From contig CBDCWP010000039.1 in assembly GCA_965223505.1 (NCBI GenBank), positions 192,001 through 256,000 of the forward strand: DNA of 64,000 nucleotides, written 5' to 3'. Shown here piece by piece: positions 48,097 to 57,987 of this stretch. The notes under the pieces are model-generated. The model ran no database searches. It was not told the DNA's origin and saw only the letters and a program-made list of their open reading frames with translations. This DNA is from Planctomycetota bacterium (GTDB lineage: Bacteria > Planctomycetota > PLA2 > JAEUHO01). The position numbers and the translations under genes are program-made. Positions within the stretch are counted from its first letter, which is position 1, and each line of letters begins with the position of its first letter.

Positions 48097-50250
48097 CTAG
48101 GTGGCAACCACCCAGGTCGTGAAGCGCCCGGCGACGCTGGCAGACGGCCTCTTGTCTGTGTCCCAGCCGTTCTCGCCAAAGATCGATGTCATGGCTTGCG
48201 GCACGAGCCTATAGGCGACGTCATCTCGGTCCTCCATGACGTCGGGCAACTCCTCCTTGATCCTCTCCAAGACGCCGCGCCACGGGACCCCTCGCTCCCT
48301 GATCCGCTCGATGAATGCTTCATCTTCCTGAACTGCGCGAATTGCGGCTGACTGATAGGTGGCAAGTGCGTCTTCGGGTTCATCGGCATCGGCGAACGGG
48401 TCTTCGTCGGGCTCAGCGCTAGGGGGCTCCGCAGGTTCCACAGGTTCCCCGGACACCTGAGGCACTGGCGCCTCGGCTGGAGCAGGGGCTGACCGCTTCG
48501 AGGCGAGTGCGCTCGCGAACCTCTGTTCGAGCTTTACCGCAGCGGTCTCGACAGCGCCCATCTCGTAGTTCGGGTCTCGTGTTTCGTAGAGGCCCTCGAA
48601 CAGCATCACCCTAAGAGGAATCGGATAGCTCTTCCCTCCCACGCTGCTCCAGAAGACGCCATGTCCTGGAATCGGCTCGTTCAGAAGCGAAGACAGTATG
48701 TCGTTGCTGAAGTGCGCATTTGCCTTCCGAACCGCTTGAAGATCACCGGCTGACAGCAGATGGAAGATGAACCAGTTGTCCCCCTGGCTCAGGATTTCGT
48801 GCGTAATCGCGCCCGGCTGCTGGGTGATCAACACTGCTCCTAGGTCGTACTTGCGTCCCTCCTTGACCCACTCTACGTATGGCCCCTCGCCAGAGCTTCC
48901 GCGCGATCCCAAGACCGACTGCGCCTCCTCCACGACAGCGATCACCGGCACAGTCTGGGGATCCGCCTTCGTGAATTCTTGCTGGTTTCGATCGAAGATC
49001 CGGCGCAGGATCAAGCCAGACAGCACAAGGGCTGGAGTCCCGCGCATTTGAGAGACATCGACGATGCAGATGCAGCCCTGTGCTAGGGCCGCGAAGAGCA
49101 TGTCGATCAACTGGCTGCTTGGATCGTGGAGCATTCGCACGACAGTTGTCATGTTGGCTCTCGCCGCGACCATTTCCGCGTCTTGACCATCCTCCAAGCG
49201 CATGAGGCGCCTGACAGTGTTCCCGTCAGCACCATTGCCGTCGCGATGTATGAGATCTACTAGCTCCTTCCAATCCGCGTCGTTCAGCCCTTTCAACTTC
49301 CGGACGTTCTGCTGCTCCTGTTTTTCGGGCGTGAGTGCGATGGAGAGCACATCACTGGGACGGAGTCGGCGGATGTCCAGTCGGATGTCGCCAGCAACGA
49401 ACGACTGGTAGAACGGACTAGGTCCACTCTTTGGAGTGAAGACTACTACTCGGTCCTCCAGCGCCGGAACGTCACAGAGCCCCGGCCGGTTCTTGTCGTC
49501 CGGCCAGAAGTACTCCCCATCCGGATCGAAGATCAAGGTCCCGACGGGTACCTCCCGCCCTCCACGTTTGGGAACCGTCGGCGTATCCGCGTAGAGGTCA
49601 GCGAACAGCAGCTTGACGAGATTCGACTTGCCGAAGCCTGCGCGCGCAAACACGAGTGTGCGACGGGCCACGAGGTGCGACACTTCGAATCGGGGAACGA
49701 CGCAAGGTGCCTTGATCTGCATCCAAGGCTGCGACTCGAATCGCGAATCGCCCGATGCGTAGACGAACTCGCCCAGCGCAAGGTGTCCAAGCTCGGCGGC
49801 ACCGGCTGAGTTGTGACCAGCTACTTCTTGCAGCACGTCGTCCGGAAGGAAGCCAACCTTGCTGCCGACGTGCGGCAACCGACGATGCGATGCCGCAAAG
49901 ATCAGGTTGCCGTTCTCCACGCGCAGGACACCGAGAACTCGCATGTTGATCCGGTACTTGAGGTACTGCTCGCGTAGATCCTCCGGTACGACGCGCTCCT
50001 CTGAGACGGCCCGAATCCCGTAGTCCTCTCCAGCGGGAGATGCGAGTCGGCCTTGGGACGCGATCGAAGTGATGCGTCCCAGCACAGCCTCCTCATCGTG
50101 CTCCAACTGGACAAGAAGGAACTGCCCGTGCATCGGGATGCTCTGGAATTCGCTCCGATACGGCAGAATGAGGTCAGCGTGAAACTCCATGCCTCCTTCG
50201 CTGAATCCCCTGAAGATCCCGACGGTCGTCGCACGGGTAAATAGATTCAC
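48097..50250 (-). CDS. herA: HerA/FtsK-superfamily ATPase (DUF87)
   Basis: N-terminal HAS-barrel-like region, ARAGFGKS Walker A, IFDPDGEY, VVEEAQ Walker B, KEGRKY, TQQP. Confidence 0.85.
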   Translation of the reverse strand: MNLFTRATTVGIFRGFSEGGMEFHADLILPYRSEFQSIPMHGQFLLVQLEHDEEAVLGRITSIASQGRLASPAGEDYGIRAVSEERVVPEDLREQYLKYRINMRVLGVLRVENGNLIFAASHRRLPHVGSKVGFLPDDVLQEVAGHNSAGAAELGHLALGEFVYASGDSRFESQPWMQIKAPCVVPRFEVSHLVARRTLVFARAGFGKSNLVKLLFADLYADTPTVPKRGGREVPVGTLIFDPDGEYFWPDDKNRPGLCDVPALEDRVVVFTPKSGPSPFYQSFVAGDIRLDIRRLRPSDVLSIALTPEKQEQQNVRKLKGLNDADWKELVDLIHRDGNGADGNTVRRLMRLEDGQDAEMVAARANMTTVVRMLHDPSSQLIDMLFAALAQGCICIVDVSQMRGTPALVLSGLILRRIFDRNQQEFTKADPQTVPVIAVVEEAQSVLGSRGSSGEGPYVEWVKEGRKYDLGAVLITQQPGAITHEILSQGDNWFIFHLLSAGDLQAVRKANAHFSNDILSSLLNEPIPGHGVFWSSVGGKSYPIPLRVMLFEGLYETRDPNYEMGAVETAAVKLEQRFASALASKRSAPAPAEAPVPQVSGEPVEPAEPPSAEPDEDPFADADEPEDALATYQSAAIRAVQEDEAFIERIRERGVPWRGVLERIKEELPDVMEDRDDVAYRLVPQAMTSIFGENGWDTDKRPSASVAGRFTTWVVAT

Positions 50251-51410
50251 GAGTACCTCCGCCCCGACACATCGCTCTTCAACTGAATGCCCTCGAAGAG
50301 TTCGCGCTCCTCATCGCCGAGGAGACTGCGGACGGCGCCAGACACTTCGTCCTGGAGTATGTCGAGGTCGAAGTCCACCACCTCTGCGTGCTCGTGTGCC
50401 TTCTGAAGGCATCGCGGGTAGAGCGGAACTGGAAACCCGTCCGTGGCATCCGCCAGCAGATAGGCGAACACCTCGGCGGCGCTGCCCGACTGGCTACTCA
50501 GGAGATCGACGGGCCAGATCGGATCGCCATCGCGTTCACCAAACCTCACGAGGTACATATCCCCTGCCACGAACTTTGGCGCTTCTCCCGCCGCCCCTTC
50601 TTCTTCGCTGCCGCGAGCGTACTCGGGCCAGACGTACGCCTTCGCCTCGATCGCACGCGGGACGCGCACGTACCGAGGGGATCCCGCTGCAAGCACCTTC
50701 TCCAGGGCCAGAGCCAAGCCGTACCGCACCAGCACCTTGCTGTGTTTGGCCAAGCCGACAAGGAACACGCGCCGCCTGTGGTCTGCGTGAATCCGCTCGA
50801 TGGCAGATTCGATTCGGCGCCGGAAGTCGATGAACAACTCTCCTCGGAATACTTTGCTCCGCAACAGCCCGTCCCGGACCATGAGGGTGTCGGTCGCAAA
50901 CTCGCGGTAGCAGATCCGCTCGTAGAGTGCCGCCCACTCACACAGGTCACGGTAGACGAGCACCCACGATGGCGAGATTGAGTGCGGCTCTTCCCGCACC
51001 CGCCTGCCTGAGGGGATCATGTGGCTGAGCCGCGTGAGGGTCCTCGGCTCGCTCAAGAGATCAGCCATGAGCGTGCCCAGAGCGGTCTGGGGTTCCCCAT
51101 GTTCATCAAACTGGGCGCGGCTCAGCGCATCCGTATCCGTGGTCGGCGTGACGGCGTCGAGGCACAACTGCTCACCGTACGAATCGACGACTCTCACGAG
51201 TTGCACGTGAAAGGGATCGAACACCAGTTTGTTGTTTCCGCCGTCGCTTGCAACAAGCGACACAGATGTCGTCGTTCGAGGTCGGATAGTGCGAGCTTCT
51301 GGCCGCAATACGCGAACGTCCGCCCGAAGCTCATCGAGAATCCGCCTGTCCCTAACTGTGGCGTTGCGAATCGCCGCGCGCAGGCCAGGAAGTTCGGCAG
51401 GGTCAAACAT
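50247..51410 (-). CDS. nurA: NurA-like nuclease
   Basis: ASDGG, E, RDGLL, GLAKHS, YPRCLQKAH; coupled to HerA. Confidence 0.72.
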   Translation of the reverse strand: MFDPAELPGLRAAIRNATVRDRRILDELRADVRVLRPEARTIRPRTTTSVSLVASDGGNNKLVFDPFHVQLVRVVDSYGEQLCLDAVTPTTDTDALSRAQFDEHGEPQTALGTLMADLLSEPRTLTRLSHMIPSGRRVREEPHSISPSWVLVYRDLCEWAALYERICYREFATDTLMVRDGLLRSKVFRGELFIDFRRRIESAIERIHADHRRRVFLVGLAKHSKVLVRYGLALALEKVLAAGSPRYVRVPRAIEAKAYVWPEYARGSEEEGAAGEAPKFVAGDMYLVRFGERDGDPIWPVDLLSSQSGSAAEVFAYLLADATDGFPVPLYPRCLQKAHEHAEVVDFDLDILQDEVSGAVRSLLGDEERELFEGIQLKSDVSGRRYS

Positions 51411-52608
51411 GCCAGCCCCTCCACTTTGCGGTCACATCGATCTCACGCACGGGGTCGCTCGCGGAGGCAGAAAACTGCCTCGATTGGCGCTTGCCACTTG
51501 ACGCGGAGCCTGCGTCACGAACCGAGGTGACCCTCCATCGCCCACCGACTCCACGAAGCGACTCTCGGATCATCTCCTCAGGGTCAACAGGGAGACAGGG
51601 CAAGCAGCCGAATCTCACTACGAGCGTGGCATTCCGGGCACACACACCCGCAACATTCTTCCAGACCGTGCGTAGCTCCCTCACGAACTCCGCCTCGGTG
51701 TGCTGGAGTTGAGCGTCCTGTGCGTAGTCCACTCGTGGCGGGCCTCCCAGGAACCAGTTCCTTAGCCACTGATCTGGGACGTATGTGCGCATGCCGAAGT
51801 AGGGAGGCGACGTCACTACCCAATCGAACTGTGTGCTCATGCTCGCCGCAAGCTCAGTAGTCCTAGCGTCCGCCTGCACAACAGCACCTCTTGTCGGTGC
51901 CGGTAGGCTCTCCAAGCAGAAGCGCGCCCGACGCGAAATGGCGTCGAGAACATCTACCCTCGGCGGACGAGATAGAGCATTCCGCCCCCAGTAGCCCAGC
52001 GCAGGTCCTGGCTTTGTGGCGTACGTCCTTGGCATCTGATTCGAGAGGTACGTCGGTAGTCCCTTGTTCATCGGGCCGTGGAGGATGCCCAAGACGAGCG
52101 CTCTCAAGATGACGTCTGTCTGCGTGCGCACGCCCTCCAGGAAGGCGTCACGGAGCCTGCAAATGTCTCGCAAGGTCGATGGCGCGTAGCAGCTTCGCCA
52201 GAACTTCCCGGTCGGCGTGGAGCCTGGGACCCGATCGTTGATCAACTCGACTGCGCGATCAACGACGTCATCTGGCGTTGCTGACGCCAGCTTTGCCGCA
52301 GCAACGGCGGCGGCGACTGGGCTACTATCGATGCCAACGGTGGGCAGTCCGAGTAGGCGCGCGGCAAACGTCGTCGTCCCCCGGCCACAGAACGGATCCA
52401 ACACCCACTGTCCCGGAGTAGCTCTCTCTAGCGCGGACAGGGGGAACTCCACTGGGAACATCGTGTAGTAAGGGCATATCGTGTGAAGGCGCATCGACTT
52501 GCCGCTCGTCGTCGGTGCAGACGATGGCGGCCTAGGTGTCACCCGCCGCCTAAATGCAACGGGGCGAGCCGAGGACCGTGCTTCGGAGAATGTGACACCG
52601 TCAACCAA
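51403..52608 (-). CDS. amino-DNA methyltransferase (SPPY, probably N4-cytosine); start may be 52494
   Basis: PYYTMFP, VLDPFCGRGTT, VTSPPY. Confidence 0.85.
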   Translation of the reverse strand: MVDGVTFSEARSSARPVAFRRRVTPRPPSSAPTTSGKSMRLHTICPYYTMFPVEFPLSALERATPGQWVLDPFCGRGTTTFAARLLGLPTVGIDSSPVAAAVAAAKLASATPDDVVDRAVELINDRVPGSTPTGKFWRSCYAPSTLRDICRLRDAFLEGVRTQTDVILRALVLGILHGPMNKGLPTYLSNQMPRTYATKPGPALGYWGRNALSRPPRVDVLDAISRRARFCLESLPAPTRGAVVQADARTTELAASMSTQFDWVVTSPPYFGMRTYVPDQWLRNWFLGGPPRVDYAQDAQLQHTEAEFVRELRTVWKNVAGVCARNATLVVRFGCLPCLPVDPEEMIRESLRGVGGRWRVTSVRDAGSASSGKRQSRQFSASASDPVREIDVTAKWRGWHV

Positions 52609-52886
52609 ACCAGCAGACCTCTCACGCCACGATTACGACCGACTCCACGCCCTTCACGTGGCGCACAAGCATATTGGCGCCGTCGGACTGCGGCATAGCC
52701 CCGAAGTCAACCGCCAGACGCCTGACAGTTCAGGGATTCATGATCCCCTTCGAAGTGCTGGCGCGCTCGCCGGACCGGATCGCTCGCCAGCCCCAAGAAC
52801 TGGCCACTTCAGGAGAATCTGAGAAACATCGCCGTGCCGTCCTGGAGGCCCGCATTTGACCTCGTGGCGCCAAAGGACGCCGCGAC

Positions 52887-53117
52887 ATGCCCAAGAACAA
52901 CCCCAAGCAGGACCCGGACGGGCTCTTCACCCTGGAGAGAGCCGCCGCGTACCTCACCATCTCCCAGAGGACCCTTCGCTCGCATCGACAACTGGGACTG
53001 ATCCCCGTCGTCCAGGTCAGCAAGCGCCGAATCGCTTTCGACAAGGCCGATCTCGACGCCTACCGCGAGCAGCAAAAGCAGCGCGGCCCACGCCGTCGCT
53101 TCGGGAGGCGGTCATGA
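52887..53117 (+). CDS. excisionase-like helix-turn-helix protein
   Basis: LFTLERAAAYLTISQRTL..G.IP..RIAFDKADLDAY. Confidence 0.8.
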   Translation: MPKNNPKQDPDGLFTLERAAAYLTISQRTLRSHRQLGLIPVVQVSKRRIAFDKADLDAYREQQKQRGPRRRFGRRS

Positions 53118-54550
53118 TTCCGCCTCGGGGACTTGGCCAAAGTGGGAATCGTGGCCAACTGGGGGACGCGATGACCAACGCATCTCCTCGACTCCCGCTC
53201 GCCGGTGTGATCGAAGCGCGCGCCGCCTCCGTGCCCAAGAAGAAGATCAAGCGCAGGCCCAAGGCTCCCACCGGCCTCTACCGACCCCCGTACGTCTGCA
53301 AGAAGTGCGACGTCTGCGTCCGGCGGAAGGCGAAGCAGGCCAAGAAGGGCGAGCGCTGCCTGGAACCGAAGAGGGTGAGGACCTGGTGGTACCGCAAGTC
53401 GATTCGCGGAGTCCGCCGCAAGCCAGTAAGCACAGGCTGCACGGATCTCCGCAACGCCATCGAGGTCGCGGCCCAGCTACGCGATGAGTGGGAACGGCAA
53501 GCAGTCGGGCTCAAGCGCCGTGGCCGCATGAGCATCGAGGAGGCCAAGGAGGGCTTCCGTAAGTACCTCACGACGCAGAAGGGCAGCCCCCAGTACATCG
53601 ACACGCAGATGGGTTACTTGGACGAAGTGCTCATCGCCGCCGGGATCCGCTTCGTAGACGAACTCGACGAGGGGGTCTTTGCTGACTGGCTTCCGATCGC
53701 CAAGAAGAAGAGGCTTCGGGCTCGCGGGAAGAACGTACGCCTCTACCCCCTCAAGCGCCTGGGAGAGTGGCTGCTCAAGAAGGGCGAGTGCATCGATCCC
53801 TTCGCGCTGCTTGTGCCCTACGACGAGGAGAAGGACCGCGCCCACGTCCGACGGGCCATGTGGCCGGGAGAGTGCGCTCGGTTCCTGAAAGCCGTGAGGA
53901 CACGTCAGATCGAGCGGGCTCGGGAGTACCGGGTGCGCGCGGGTCTCTCGCGTGGGGCCATGATCAAGATGCGGCGTGAGGGCCGAGTCCGGGCGCTGGT
54001 CTACAACACGGTGGCCCAGACGGGGCTGCGGCGCAAGGAGACGCGGCTGCTCCTGATCAAGAACGTGGACTTCGACGCCGGGGTCATCTGGATCCCCCAA
54101 GGCGTGGCGAAGTCCAGACACGAGCAGTACGTGCGGCTCAACAGCGATCTGGCTCGGCGCCTGAAGTCATACCTCCGGACGCTCGGTGATGTGTCCGACG
54201 AATCGCCCCTCTTCCCAGCGACCAGGACGCACTCGGGCAAGCGCGCGCCGAAGTCGGCCGTCCCCACGATCAAGACGTTCGACAAGGACCTGGAGGCTGC
54301 GGGCCTGCCTAAGAAGGACGCCCGCGACCGCGTCCTGGACTTCCACGCCCTCCGGATGACCTACATTACGCACCTTCGTGTAGCGGGCGTCGAGCTAGGA
54401 ATGGCGAAGCGGTTGGCCCGACACTCCGACATCAAATTGACCGAGGACATCTACACGGACTTCGACCTGATGGCTGGGCCGGAGCGCGAGGCCGCCGAGA
54501 TGCTGGTGCCGGAGCGGCGGCGGCAGCGGTTCGTGCCGGAGGTGAGGTAG
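53114..54550 (+). CDS. tyrosine recombinase/integrase, intact catalytic set
   Basis: GGAGG RBS, ATGA overlap with xis; TGLR, K, FHALR, RHSD, IY; N-terminal Cys cluster. Confidence 0.9.
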   Translation: MIPPRGLGQSGNRGQLGDAMTNASPRLPLAGVIEARAASVPKKKIKRRPKAPTGLYRPPYVCKKCDVCVRRKAKQAKKGERCLEPKRVRTWWYRKSIRGVRRKPVSTGCTDLRNAIEVAAQLRDEWERQAVGLKRRGRMSIEEAKEGFRKYLTTQKGSPQYIDTQMGYLDEVLIAAGIRFVDELDEGVFADWLPIAKKKRLRARGKNVRLYPLKRLGEWLLKKGECIDPFALLVPYDEEKDRAHVRRAMWPGECARFLKAVRTRQIERAREYRVRAGLSRGAMIKMRREGRVRALVYNTVAQTGLRRKETRLLLIKNVDFDAGVIWIPQGVAKSRHEQYVRLNSDLARRLKSYLRTLGDVSDESPLFPATRTHSGKRAPKSAVPTIKTFDKDLEAAGLPKKDARDRVLDFHALRMTYITHLRVAGVELGMAKRLARHSDIKLTEDIYTDFDLMAGPEREAAEMLVPERRRQRFVPEVR

Positions 54551-54551
54551 G
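54482..54551 (+). repeat. 70-bp direct repeat, copy 1 (integrase 3' end)
   Basis: 65/70 identical to 56029-56098. Confidence 0.9.
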
Positions 54552-54572
54552 AGGCCGAAGACGGACTCTCCG

Positions 54573-55211
54573 TCAGTCTGCTGGACCGTCTTCCGCATCC
54601 GCGTGTGGATCTTCAGACTTCGTTTGCGCCTCGAAGGCACTGAGGGCGATTCGAGTGTGTGCGTTCGGATCCTCGGCGGGCCGATCGTCAGCGTCTTCAT
54701 CAGAGAGGACTCCCACCTTCTCGACGATGGCCTCGAAGATCAGGTAGTTGTGGCCCTTGACGGTCTCCAGATCAATGTGCGCAAATTCAGGGTCAGCGCC
54801 GATCTCCATCTTGGTCCGATACTGGCTCAGCCTGTAGAGCGCCCGCTCAGCGTTGATCCACAGATCCCGATGGTCCGTGGGGTGGAGACGGGCGAGCCGG
54901 TCAACTACGTCATGGGCGATGACGTTCCTGTGCGCTCGCAGTGCCTGGATGGCATCGAAATCTTGGTCGTTGATGGCCTCCATGAAGTCGCGCAAGTACA
55001 TGAGGCACGCCTCGAACTCGTTCTTGTGCCGCGACTTCACATCATCATCGTAGTTCTTGAAGGGGCCGCCGGTGAACGTGACGTCCTCGTAGAAGAACTT
55101 AATCGGGCGAACGATCATGCTCGTCATCAACTCGTTCGCCACGAGGACGAACCCCGCGTACGTGAGCGCACGCGAGAGTCGCTCGGGGGGGAGGTCCTTG
55201 ACGTGCTCCAT
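54573..55211 (-). CDS. putative HEPN-domain protein
   Basis: helical protein with RNVIAH (Rx4H). Confidence 0.6.
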   Translation of the reverse strand: MEHVKDLPPERLSRALTYAGFVLVANELMTSMIVRPIKFFYEDVTFTGGPFKNYDDDVKSRHKNEFEACLMYLRDFMEAINDQDFDAIQALRAHRNVIAHDVVDRLARLHPTDHRDLWINAERALYRLSQYRTKMEIGADPEFAHIDLETVKGHNYLIFEAIVEKVGVLSDEDADDRPAEDPNAHTRIALSAFEAQTKSEDPHADAEDGPAD

Positions 55212-55233
55212 TTACAGGTCTCCTGCTGACCGG

Positions 55234-55935
55234 TTAGTTGCCCTCAGCTACGCCCAGCACCTTCCGAACGTGCTGAGCTTTCACGTCGTAGGTGTAGTCC
55301 GCCGCCGAGAGCAGTGACCTTGCCTGCCCAGCGATCTCGCCCCCCGCCAAGTCCAGGAAGCGAGGTACCGCAACCATGCGGCCTTGGTTCTTCACCGCCT
55401 TGATTGCCGGGATGAAATCGGCATCGCCGGAGACGACAACGGCGATTTCGTAGATCGGAGCAAGTGTCACCATCTCGACGGCCATGGCAACGTCAAGCCC
55501 CTTCTCCTTGCCCCACGTTTCGTCGCTCGCTTTGAAGAAGCGGTGCCCGACGGGCCGGAACTCGATGTACGGACATGAACGCTCGATCTCCCGGATGTGG
55601 TTGCGAGCCTTCACCCACAGTTTCCCTGCTTTGTCTCTAAGGTCGTCTCGCCGATCCTCCGCAAGATCCCAGTGGCCCTGAAGTTCGAAACCCTCGGGGA
55701 TGTACCAGTAGCAGCGAACGAGGTGCGCGGGGGAATACTGCCAAGCACTGTCAGCCAGCATCTGCCAGAGCGTTGTCCAGTAGTACTCCGACGGCCAGGG
55801 ATCACCTGCTGGATCGAAGCTGGATACGATCTGCGCGAACAGATTCCGGAAGTTCGTGCTGTCTACGAACACGCATGTGCGGGGCTTCTGGGGCGGCCCG
55901 CCTGTCCCTTGGGGCGGGAAGCCTGCTCCAGCCAT
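55234..55935 (-). CDS. NYN-domain (PIN-fold) ribonuclease
   Basis: VFVDSTN, EKGLDV, VSGDADF, G..V. Confidence 0.85.
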   Translation of the reverse strand: MAGAGFPPQGTGGPPQKPRTCVFVDSTNFRNLFAQIVSSFDPAGDPWPSEYYWTTLWQMLADSAWQYSPAHLVRCYWYIPEGFELQGHWDLAEDRRDDLRDKAGKLWVKARNHIREIERSCPYIEFRPVGHRFFKASDETWGKEKGLDVAMAVEMVTLAPIYEIAVVVSGDADFIPAIKAVKNQGRMVAVPRFLDLAGGEIAGQARSLLSAADYTYDVKAQHVRKVLGVAEGN

Positions 55936-56028
55936 GGGATCCTCCAGGGAACGCGCCGCGACGATTAGCAGTTCCCGTGGCGCTTGGCCCAGCACTGTAC
56001 TCGGGTCTACCCCGGCTGCGGTTGCCCC

Positions 56029-56098
56029 GAGCGCGAGGCGGCCGAGATGTTCGTGCCGGAGCGGCGGCGGCAGCGGTTCGTGCCGGAGGCGCGGTAGG
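56029..56098 (+). repeat. 70-bp direct repeat, copy 2 (orphan integrase 3' end)
   Basis: encodes EREAAEMFVPERRRQRFVPEAR* versus EREAAEMLVPERRRQRFVPEVR*. Confidence 0.9.
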
Positions 56099-56142
56099 GG
56101 CTACGACTGCATCTCCTGCCGCAGAACAGACGGGCTATCGGG

Positions 56143-56784
56143 TTAGGCGTCCGCGTCCTCACCCGGGTGGAACGGCCGCTCCTCTGCGATCGTGAGCGGT
56201 GGGAGGTCCTTCTGGCAGATGTGCATGCTGTCGCCCTCTTGCCTGCTCCATTGGCCGGTTCTGAGGGACACGACGAAGTTAACGTAGTCAACCGTCGGCG
56301 ATAGCTGCGCAGGGAGTTCCGACATCAGGGCTTCGAGATCACGATACGTACCCAGGAACTCCTGCTCGTCGAGGCTCCAGTCCATGTGAGCGCTGATCTT
56401 GTTGCGCACCTGCTTGAGCGCTCCCATGTGCAGATCGGCGGCCTTCGTGAGGTCGTAGAGCGCCGTCTCGCGCTCGATGTCCTTCTCGGCTTGCCCGCGC
56501 CATCCCACCGACTGGAACCACTGGTGGAACTTCTTGACCGAGTCCAAGAGGGAGTAGGCCGCGACGACGAGCGCCTTCTTGACCGCGACAAGTTGGCTCG
56601 CATCAGTCTGGCCGTTGGCCACCGCGATCATGGCGGAGACATCCTCTGTCGCGATGGCGAGACGGTGGAGGCGACGGGCGTTCTTGTCGATCGGCTGCCA
56701 GAACGATGGCCCCGGGCGATGCACGGGGTGGAAGTAAGGCACGCCGCCAAGCGCACCGCCTGAGTCGTGAGGTGAGGCTCGCAT
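56143..56784 (-). CDS. putative HEPN-domain protein (start uncertain)
   Basis: helical protein with RNKISAH. Confidence 0.55.
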   Translation of the reverse strand: MRASPHDSGGALGGVPYFHPVHRPGPSFWQPIDKNARRLHRLAIATEDVSAMIAVANGQTDASQLVAVKKALVVAAYSLLDSVKKFHQWFQSVGWRGQAEKDIERETALYDLTKAADLHMGALKQVRNKISAHMDWSLDEQEFLGTYRDLEALMSELPAQLSPTVDYVNFVVSLRTGQWSRQEGDSMHICQKDLPPLTIAEERPFHPGEDADA

Positions 56785-56844
56785 AGCGCGGCCCAAGGTA
56801 GCGCTCCGCACCGACCGGGCGTCGAGCGCCCACCATCGGGGGAC

Positions 56845-57597
56845 TTACGACAGCCGCCGCCGCAGCGCCGGAGGCGCGTCCTCCCTGGCCTCGGGACCGC
56901 GCCAGACCTCCTCGAAGTCGCGCTCGCCCATGGCCCACCGGATGTCAGCCGGGCCACGAAAAAGATCGTCGGGAACAGGGCGAACCGCATGGGGGTTCTC
57001 GTAGACGGTGACCCAGGGCAGGGACTCGACAGGATCGGGCTCGCTGGTGACGAGGTCCAGATACGCCCTTGACCGCATGCCGTCAGCGTCTGCCAGCCGC
57101 CGGAGTTCGACAGCGTGCCGCTCCTCGGCCAAGTCACGGATGCCGAGGACGACCACAGCCGACACACGGGTGTTCGACCGCTCCGTCAGAATCGCCGGGC
57201 GATCGACGGGCCCGCCCCCGAATGCCGCGAGAAGGACGGCGGCGGGAAAGTCGAACACGGCGTCGGGTCGTCCCGCATTGCACAGGGCGACGTAGCACCC
57301 GTGGTCCGTGAACGCCTTGAACTTCTTCAGGGCGTCCTTGATGCGCGACCACGGCACCTTCGTGTAGTCCAAGGACCCGCCCGGGAGGTGGTCGTAGTTG
57401 GTGGGGGCCGGGCAGTCCTTCACTTCGCAGAGGAGGAGGCCGGTGGCGTGCTCGATGCCGTAGTCCGGCCCGCGATGCTGCTGGCCCGGGGGCGGCGGTG
57501 GCAGTCCCGGACGCGGTTCTCGAAGCAGGTCCGGGTACCCGATCGAGTCCATGTACTCCTCGAAGAGGCGTTCGGAGGGGCGGTCGTTGTTGTCCAC
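56845..57597 (-). CDS. PD-(D/E)XK-like nuclease
   Basis: E..F..Y, PDY, CEVKD, YENP. Confidence 0.65.
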   Translation of the reverse strand: MDNNDRPSERLFEEYMDSIGYPDLLREPRPGLPPPPPGQQHRGPDYGIEHATGLLLCEVKDCPAPTNYDHLPGGSLDYTKVPWSRIKDALKKFKAFTDHGCYVALCNAGRPDAVFDFPAAVLLAAFGGGPVDRPAILTERSNTRVSAVVVLGIRDLAEERHAVELRRLADADGMRSRAYLDLVTSEPDPVESLPWVTVYENPHAVRPVPDDLFRGPADIRWAMGERDFEEVWRGPEAREDAPPALRRRLS

Positions 57598-57647
57598 GGT
57601 GGAAGCGTACCGGCTCTGGCCGACGGGTGGAAATGCGACCGCTGGGC

Positions 57648-57971
57648 TCAGGCGGGCTTGGCTGCATAGACTTGCAGTGCGTAGCACCCCGGCTCTGACG
57701 TGCCATCGCACCAGAGACTAAGACTGTTGCTGATCTCCTCGACCTTGGGCGCTCCGCCAACACACTGCACGAACTCGATGACATCAAGGACGATCTCGGG
57801 CCAGGTTCCTCTGTGGTTTGTCTCAAACAGGGAGAGGAAGTACCCGTCGTGGTGGCGCTCGATCCTCGGAGGGCTCGTTGGCTCTCGGAGACGCTTGAGA
57901 AACCCATGCAGAACACGCTCGGCCTTCTGGGGCGTGCGAGCGTCGATGAAGAGACGCCATGAGCATGCCAC
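57648..57971 (-). CDS. hypothetical protein
   Basis: short ORF in co-oriented run. Confidence 0.5.
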   Translation of the reverse strand: MACSWRLFIDARTPQKAERVLHGFLKRLREPTSPPRIERHHDGYFLSLFETNHRGTWPEIVLDVIEFVQCVGGAPKVEEISNSLSLWCDGTSEPGCYALQVYAAKPA

Positions 57972-57987
57972 GTCCAAGCGATCAGGG

